Assembly: GCA_038883775.1 (NCBI GenBank)
Contig: JAVZLM010000005.1
Span: 32,001-96,000 of the forward strand
From: Candidatus Bathyarchaeia archaeon
Lineage (GTDB): Archaea > Thermoproteota > Bathyarchaeia > Bathyarchaeales > Bathycorpusculaceae
DNA length: 64,000 nucleotides
Direction of reading: 5' to 3'
Made by a program: the position numbers and the translations under genes. Below are positions 58,917 to 64,000 of the stretch, piece after piece. A model generated the notes under the pieces. The model was not told where the DNA came from. It saw only the letters and a program-made list of their open reading frames with translations, and did not search any database. Within the stretch, counting starts at the first letter, position 1, and each line of letters opens with the position of its first letter.

Positions 58917-60833
58917 TTACTCTCTCTTGTTTTCGTCTTTAATTCTCCCTAATTTTGTTGTCAAACTCCTATGTGCACGTTTTGATAGATACGCAGTGAC
59001 AATTATCAGAGTTGCTGCCATAGCAGCGAGAACATAGCTCAAGTTCCGAACATTGCTAACATTTTGAGAGTAATTATACAGATATTCCTGATAAGAAGCC
59101 TCCAAGCTTTGGAATTCTTCTTGAAGCTGAGTATAGTTACCCAAAAGAAGAACCAGATTGTCAAGAAGTTCATTAAATTTATCAGTCAAATTATCATAAT
59201 CCCTTTCTAATTCTAAGTAGGTGTTTTTAAGGTTATAGTATGTTTCGTTTAGATGATGAAAGTCTTCTTGTAGCCTTGAATAGTTGTTTAGAAAATTATA
59301 AAATGTTGCATTCAACTCGTAAAGATGTTGTGAAGAAGCGTTTAATTGCTCAAAGTTGCTCTGGAGCCTAGCAAAGTTGTCCAAAAGACTTGTGTAATTA
59401 TTCAGAAGATCATAAAAGGTGTCCAAAAAGTTATAGTATGTAGCATTTAAATGAATGTAAAGGGTAAACAATTCTTCATAGAGTTCAGAAGAAATTATCG
59501 TGATGGTTTGGTTCGTGTGTAAATAACTGAAATATAAATAAACGTTAGTTTCGTTTGAAACATCAAGAAAAGTTGGACTGACTTCTTCGTTGCCCAGAAG
59601 AACGATGTATGGATAACCCAAAAATTTGATAGGAACCATAACTCGGCAGAAACCACTGAAATTTTCGTTGCCAATAGGTTTAAAGCGTATTATCTTGTTC
59701 CCTGTTTCTACTCCAAGTTGAAACTGAAAATCAGAAATTGATGAATTAGAAATAATAGTAACTTGATATGTTTCCTTTTTGTAAATAATGTTAAACGCAA
59801 AGAATCTTCCCATAAGGGGACCAATGTCTACGTTATTTTCATCTATAACGTAGGGAGTATCACCTATTCCGTCGCCGTTTAAATCTCGTCCATAATAGTC
59901 ACTCCAATAGTTTCCTTCGCCGTAGAAGCTCCAAAAATTTTTAGAATTATCACTGGATACTTGAACTGTATTGTTAAAGTTGTTGTGATAAACAGTGTTG
60001 TTGCTTGAAAAAGCAAAGTTAATTCCGTAGGGATGGTTTACGATGGTGTTAGTTGAAAATACATTAACGGATGATGAGTAGAGGCTAATTCCATAAAACC
60101 GATTATAAGAAATATTATTGCCAAAAACTATATTAGCTTCAGAGTTATAGAGGCTAATTCCGGTGAGCTCGTTAGCTGCTATAAAGTTATTTGTAATGGT
60201 ATTGTTAAAAGAGTTAAAAAGGCAAATTCCATCGTTAACGCTCGAAAGTACAATGTTATCGGAAACGATGTTATTGCTGCAGGAAGTGAGACTGATTCCG
60301 TAAATGTTGTTAGAGAAAAGATTACGAGAAACGATGTTATTACTAGAAAAATAAAGATAAATCCCGTAAGAATTTTCTACTATTTTATTATTAATTATGG
60401 CGTTGCTTGCAGAAGGTGGCTTTACGAATATTCCACTATATGGAACACTTCCACTCATCTTTATAGTAAAACCTTGGATATTAACATTATTAGCCTCTAT
60501 AACAACGACATGACCAGTATTGTTGCCGTTAATGATGGTAAAGTCGGAGTTCTCGCCAATGAGCGTGATGCTTTTAGTGATAACTATGTTTTCAATATAT
60601 GTACCATTGCGAACAAAAATAATGTCTCCAGAACTTGCGTTATTAATGGCATCCTGAATAGTCTTAAAGTCATCAGGTTCATTTCCCACAATTAATGTTC
60701 TTGTCGAATTTGCCCTCAGAGACGCTTTATAATTGCTTGTCAACGACATGAATAGTAAACATAATACAATAAAAAAAGCTACTTTAGTTTTTTTCAACGA
60801 GGTCACACCTATTTTCTTTTCTAATTGTAACAA
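58917..60833 (-). CDS. Exported NosD-like parallel beta-helix protein with coiled coil and C-terminal TM
   Basis: Signal-like N-terminus, TIQDAIN, Asn-rich GI.L..S.NN repeats, GNYWSDY..D..GDGIGD and many N-x-S/T sequons. Confidence 0.85.
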   Translation of the reverse strand: MLQLEKKIGVTSLKKTKVAFFIVLCLLFMSLTSNYKASLRANSTRTLIVGNEPDDFKTIQDAINNASSGDIIFVRNGTYIENIVITKSITLIGENSDFTIINGNNTGHVVVIEANNVNIQGFTIKMSGSVPYSGIFVKPPSASNAIINNKIVENSYGIYLYFSSNNIVSRNLFSNNIYGISLTSCSNNIVSDNIVLSSVNDGICLFNSFNNTITNNFIAANELTGISLYNSEANIVFGNNISYNRFYGISLYSSSVNVFSTNTIVNHPYGINFAFSSNNTVYHNNFNNTVQVSSDNSKNFWSFYGEGNYWSDYYGRDLNGDGIGDTPYVIDENNVDIGPLMGRFFAFNIIYKKETYQVTIISNSSISDFQFQLGVETGNKIIRFKPIGNENFSGFCRVMVPIKFLGYPYIVLLGNEEVSPTFLDVSNETNVYLYFSYLHTNQTITIISSELYEELFTLYIHLNATYYNFLDTFYDLLNNYTSLLDNFARLQSNFEQLNASSQHLYELNATFYNFLNNYSRLQEDFHHLNETYYNLKNTYLELERDYDNLTDKFNELLDNLVLLLGNYTQLQEEFQSLEASYQEYLYNYSQNVSNVRNLSYVLAAMAATLIIVTAYLSKRAHRSLTTKLGRIKDENKRE

Positions 60834-60860
60834 TTATTAAATGTTAAGGTAAGCAAGTAA

Positions 60861-61472
60861 TTATCCTCCAGAGAGAGTTTTGCCCAGAAGGATAGCGCAG
60901 ACAACAGCTACTAAGAGAGTTGAAATACAAATGATTGGACTTATTAGCGGTTGAATGAGGCTCCATAAAATGGTTAGGTATGAGACAATTATCATTAGTG
61001 CTAATAGAGAAATTTTGACCTTGGTATTTATTATTTTGGTTGTATATTTTTCTTCTTGATTTATCATGGAGCTTAGAAGAGTTTGCGCTTGTCTTACTTG
61101 CTCTTCTGTTGCGAAAGTTATCAAGTTTTTTTCGCTATCTTGAAACTTGAAGCTGGAAAGCATGTATCTTTGTAGGTCCCAAGGATTTTTTTTCGGTAAA
61201 ATTCTGACAACATTACTTTTCTCCATTTTTTTTAAAATTGTTTGAATCATACGTATGAATTGGATGTCGTTAGCTTTTTCCTCTCCGTACAGTCTTTTTA
61301 TTATATCTTTGACATCCGGAAAATGCAGTTCAAGATGGAAGGATGCTATTGCTTTAGCAAGATTGTATTGGTATTCGCCTTCCCGCAAACGAATATTGCC
61401 ATTTTTATAATCTGAGCTTAAAATCTCTTGCAGGAGTTGAATTTCGTCCAATGTTAGCTTTCGGTGGGACAC
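60861..61472 (-). CDS. Putative winged-helix protein with two C-terminal TMs
   Basis: IQTILKKMEKSNVV..Y.L followed by two hydrophobic helices. Confidence 0.6.
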   Translation of the reverse strand: MSHRKLTLDEIQLLQEILSSDYKNGNIRLREGEYQYNLAKAIASFHLELHFPDVKDIIKRLYGEEKANDIQFIRMIQTILKKMEKSNVVRILPKKNPWDLQRYMLSSFKFQDSEKNLITFATEEQVRQAQTLLSSMINQEEKYTTKIINTKVKISLLALMIIVSYLTILWSLIQPLISPIICISTLLVAVVCAILLGKTLSGG

Positions 61473-61547
61473 TTTTTCTCCTCAATTGAAACTATTGAAA
61501 TAACATAAAAAAGCTTCGCTTTAAAATATGGATTTTCAATAAAGTCT

Positions 61548-62009
61548 ATGGAAAAAACGCCTAATTTATTCAACGCTAATAAATACGCTGTAAGGCGCGT
61601 ATTTATGGTAACCCGTGCAAGAGAATTGGATTTAATTCGTGTTCCTTTTCAGAAAAGGTATAGGAGCCGAATGGAAATTATTGCTTTAATACTGGAAGCT
61701 GCAGGATGCGATGGCGCTGCTCTATATTCTATCATGAAACGTGCCGATATTAATTATGTGCAGCTTAAGAAGTATTTGCCGTCTCTTGCTAAAATTGGTT
61801 TTGTTGAAGCTGAAATTAAAGGGGGCAAACTTTTATTTAGATTAAGTGAGAAGGGAATTGCTTTTCTAAGACAATATAATATTTTACGTGATATGCTGCT
61901 AAACGCTTACCGTAATGAACCAGACGTAAATATTCAAGATAGCAACTTATCAAAAAACCAGCAGCAAGTTATTATGCCTTTTTTAACATGGACCGCAAAG
62001 CGTAAATAG
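61548..62009 (+). CDS. Winged-helix transcription regulator (archaeal, HTH_45-like)
   Basis: RSRMEII..IL, IM..A.INY.Q..KYL and LSEKG..FL; the true start may be downstream. Confidence 0.8.
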   Translation: MEKTPNLFNANKYAVRRVFMVTRARELDLIRVPFQKRYRSRMEIIALILEAAGCDGAALYSIMKRADINYVQLKKYLPSLAKIGFVEAEIKGGKLLFRLSEKGIAFLRQYNILRDMLLNAYRNEPDVNIQDSNLSKNQQQVIMPFLTWTAKRK

Positions 62010-62144
62010 GGATTTATTGTCAAGGCATAAACTCAACTGATTATCTTAAATGTGCATAGTAGTTTAGTGTAATTTTGGACAAAACTATTATTTATGTCGC
62101 TTCTTTTAAAAGTGCAACCTTATCTATGTTATATGAGAGGGGTT

Positions 62145-63227
62145 ATGTTGCGCAGAGAATTTACTTATGCTAAGGCAGGTGTTAATAGAAGGATAAGATT
62201 CAAGTCCAAGAAGGCTCTGCAGATTTTGAAGGAAACTTATAGGTTTAGTTATTATGGTGAGGTTGTTGAGCTTCCTTTTGGGAACATTTTTCCTATAGGA
62301 AATGGCTGTCTTTTGGATTTGGTTATTGAGGGTGTGGGTACTAAGGTTCTTGTTGCGCAGTTGGCTGAAAAATTTGATACTATAGGGGTTGATGGTGTTG
62401 CAATGGCTGTTAATGATGTTATTAGGTCTGGGGCTAAACCTTTAGCGGTTGCGGATAATATTCATGTTCAAGTTTCTGATCCGAAGCTGATGAGGGATTT
62501 GTTGAAGGGAATAGCAAAAGGGGCTGTTGAGGCTGGATGTGTTGTGCCCAGTGGGGAAATTGGTGATGTTGCTGAGGTAGTGAAGGGGTTGGTGGAGGGC
62601 AAGGGGTTTGACTTGGTTGTAGCAGCTATTGGAATGGTTTCTGATGAAAAAATTATTTATGGAAAAGACGTAAAAGCTGGCAATGTTATTGTCGGTTTGA
62701 GAAGTTCTGGAATTCACAGTAATGGTGTTTCTTTGGCAAGGAAAGTTCTTTTCAAGCGTTGGGGTGGAAAATATGAGCCTTACGACGTTCCAGATGGATT
62801 AGAAAGGGAAGTCGTTTATGAGGTTTTGGAGCCTACTAGGGTGTATGTGAAGCCTTTGCTCGAGGTTGCAGAAGAGATTAGGATTAAGGCTGCAGTGCAC
62901 ATAACTGGCGATGCGTATTTAAAATTTGATAGGTTGACAAGGTTTTCTAAGGGTATAGGTTTTGAATTTGACAGTTTTAAGCCGCAGCCCATTTTTGAGT
63001 TAATTCAGAAAACCGCTTCAGAATTAGGTGGAAAACTAACGGATGAGGAGATGTTTAAGACTTTTAATATGGGATGGGGTTTTGCAGTGATAGTTGACAG
63101 AAAGGACGTAGACAGAGCAGTAGACGCTTTAGAGAGGAATGGGGTTCAGGCTGAACCAATAGGGCATGTAACGGATTACAAAGGAATAAGGATTCTATAT
63201 AAGGATAGGAAAATTATTTTGAAATGA
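62145..63227 (+). CDS. purM: AIR synthetase
   Basis: EGVGTK, SSGIHSNG, HITG and TFNMG. Confidence 0.93.
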   Translation: MLRREFTYAKAGVNRRIRFKSKKALQILKETYRFSYYGEVVELPFGNIFPIGNGCLLDLVIEGVGTKVLVAQLAEKFDTIGVDGVAMAVNDVIRSGAKPLAVADNIHVQVSDPKLMRDLLKGIAKGAVEAGCVVPSGEIGDVAEVVKGLVEGKGFDLVVAAIGMVSDEKIIYGKDVKAGNVIVGLRSSGIHSNGVSLARKVLFKRWGGKYEPYDVPDGLEREVVYEVLEPTRVYVKPLLEVAEEIRIKAAVHITGDAYLKFDRLTRFSKGIGFEFDSFKPQPIFELIQKTASELGGKLTDEEMFKTFNMGWGFAVIVDRKDVDRAVDALERNGVQAEPIGHVTDYKGIRILYKDRKIILK

Positions 63228-63281
63228 TTTTGCTTCTTGCTGATAAAAGCGTTTAAATCTTTTAAAACTCAAACTTAGCGT

Positions 63282-63533
63282 ATGAAATACCGCTTAAAGA
63301 TTGAAGTAAAATTGAAACCCGGACACAGTGACCCAGAAGGGGAAACCACGGCACATTTGCTGAAGGAGCTTGGTTATAAAGTTGAAACTGTGAATGTTAG
63401 TAAGGTTTACTATGTGATTCTTGAAACTGAATCCAAGGAAGAGGCTAAAGCGAAGGCTGATGAGATGTGTAGGAGGCTTTTGGCTAATCCAACTAAGGAT
63501 GATTATGTGATAGTGGTTGAGGAAGAAAGATGA
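63282..63533 (+). CDS. purS: FGAM synthase subunit PurS
   Basis: LKPG..DPEG and LLANP. Confidence 0.93.
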   Translation: MKYRLKIEVKLKPGHSDPEGETTAHLLKELGYKVETVNVSKVYYVILETESKEEAKAKADEMCRRLLANPTKDDYVIVVEEER

Positions 63534-64000
63534 ATGTAAGCCTTTACACTCACAGAAAAACTCCGTTTTCGCATTTTGAAGTGAACGTTCTTGAGGCTTC
63601 TGAACAGCAACTTTTGGAAATAAGCAGCGAACTTGGCATAGGCTTAAGTTTGCAAGAAATGAAGAGTGTTCAAGAGTATTTTAGGCGGAAGGGGCGAAAC
63701 CCCACAGATGTGGAACTTCAAACTATTGGGCAAACGTGGTCTGAGCATTGTTTTCACAAAACTTTCAAGGGTAAAATAAAATTTGATGGGAAAGAGATTG
63801 AAAGCCTTTTCAGAACTTACATAGTAAAGGCAACTAATGAAATTAAGCCAAAATGGTGCTTTTCCATTTTTGAGGATAACGCGGGTATAATCCGTTTTGA
63901 CAAGGGTTATGGAGTGGCTGTTAAGGTTGAAACTCATAATCATCCATCTGCTGTGGAGCCTTTTGGGGGTGCTGCCACTGGAGTTGGTGGAGTGATTCGG
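63530..64000 (+). CDS. purL: FGAM synthase subunit PurL (3'-truncated by window)
   Basis: The ATG overlaps the purS stop; QTWSEHCFHKTF, DNAG and KVETHNHPS..PFGGAATG. Confidence 0.93.
   Translation, partial: MNVSLYTHRKTPFSHFEVNVLEASEQQLLEISSELGIGLSLQEMKSVQEYFRRKGRNPTDVELQTIGQTWSEHCFHKTFKGKIKFDGKEIESLFRTYIVKATNEIKPKWCFSIFEDNAGIIRFDKGYGVAVKVETHNHPSAVEPFGGAATGVGGVIR

Noticed and set aside
58883-62090. tRNA-Gly-anchored genomic island
   Set aside because: The block lies on the 5' side of the tRNA, and no tRNA fragment repeat or integrase was seen.
1-64000. CRISPR arrays, IS elements, prophage genes and inteins
   Set aside because: No regularly spaced repeats, transposase/integrase/capsid motifs or large in-frame insertions were seen by eye; small relics could be missed.

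Overview
An archaeal chromosomal window, most likely from Bathyarchaeia (TACK). This assignment is inferred from gene content, not from a database search. Most of the window is housekeeping translation and RNA-processing genes: trpS, pheS/T, tyrS, alaS, leuS, hisS, tiaS, pelota, tsr3, an EF-2 homologue, dnaG, PolB and purM/S/L. RNA genes are a stand-alone 5S rRNA, RNase P RNA and three tRNAs (Trp with two introns, Arg with a D-loop intron, Gly). Best leads: (1) a CstA locus with two small paralogues, two Cys-free Get3/ArsA-type ATPases (one with Asn at the switch-I Asp position) and a CCDC47/DUF1682-like protein; (2) a ~5.8 kb decaying segment bounded by a duplicate of the RNase P RNA 3' end; (3) three genes whose SD motifs point to ACG or ATC starts; (4) an unannotated tandem H/ACA-like RNA after pheT; (5) a box C'/D' guide inside the tRNA-Trp intron; (6) degenerate catalytic motifs in the PolB exonuclease, LeuRS (KMSKS) and EF-2 (switch I). 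No CRISPR array, integrase or transposase was seen.
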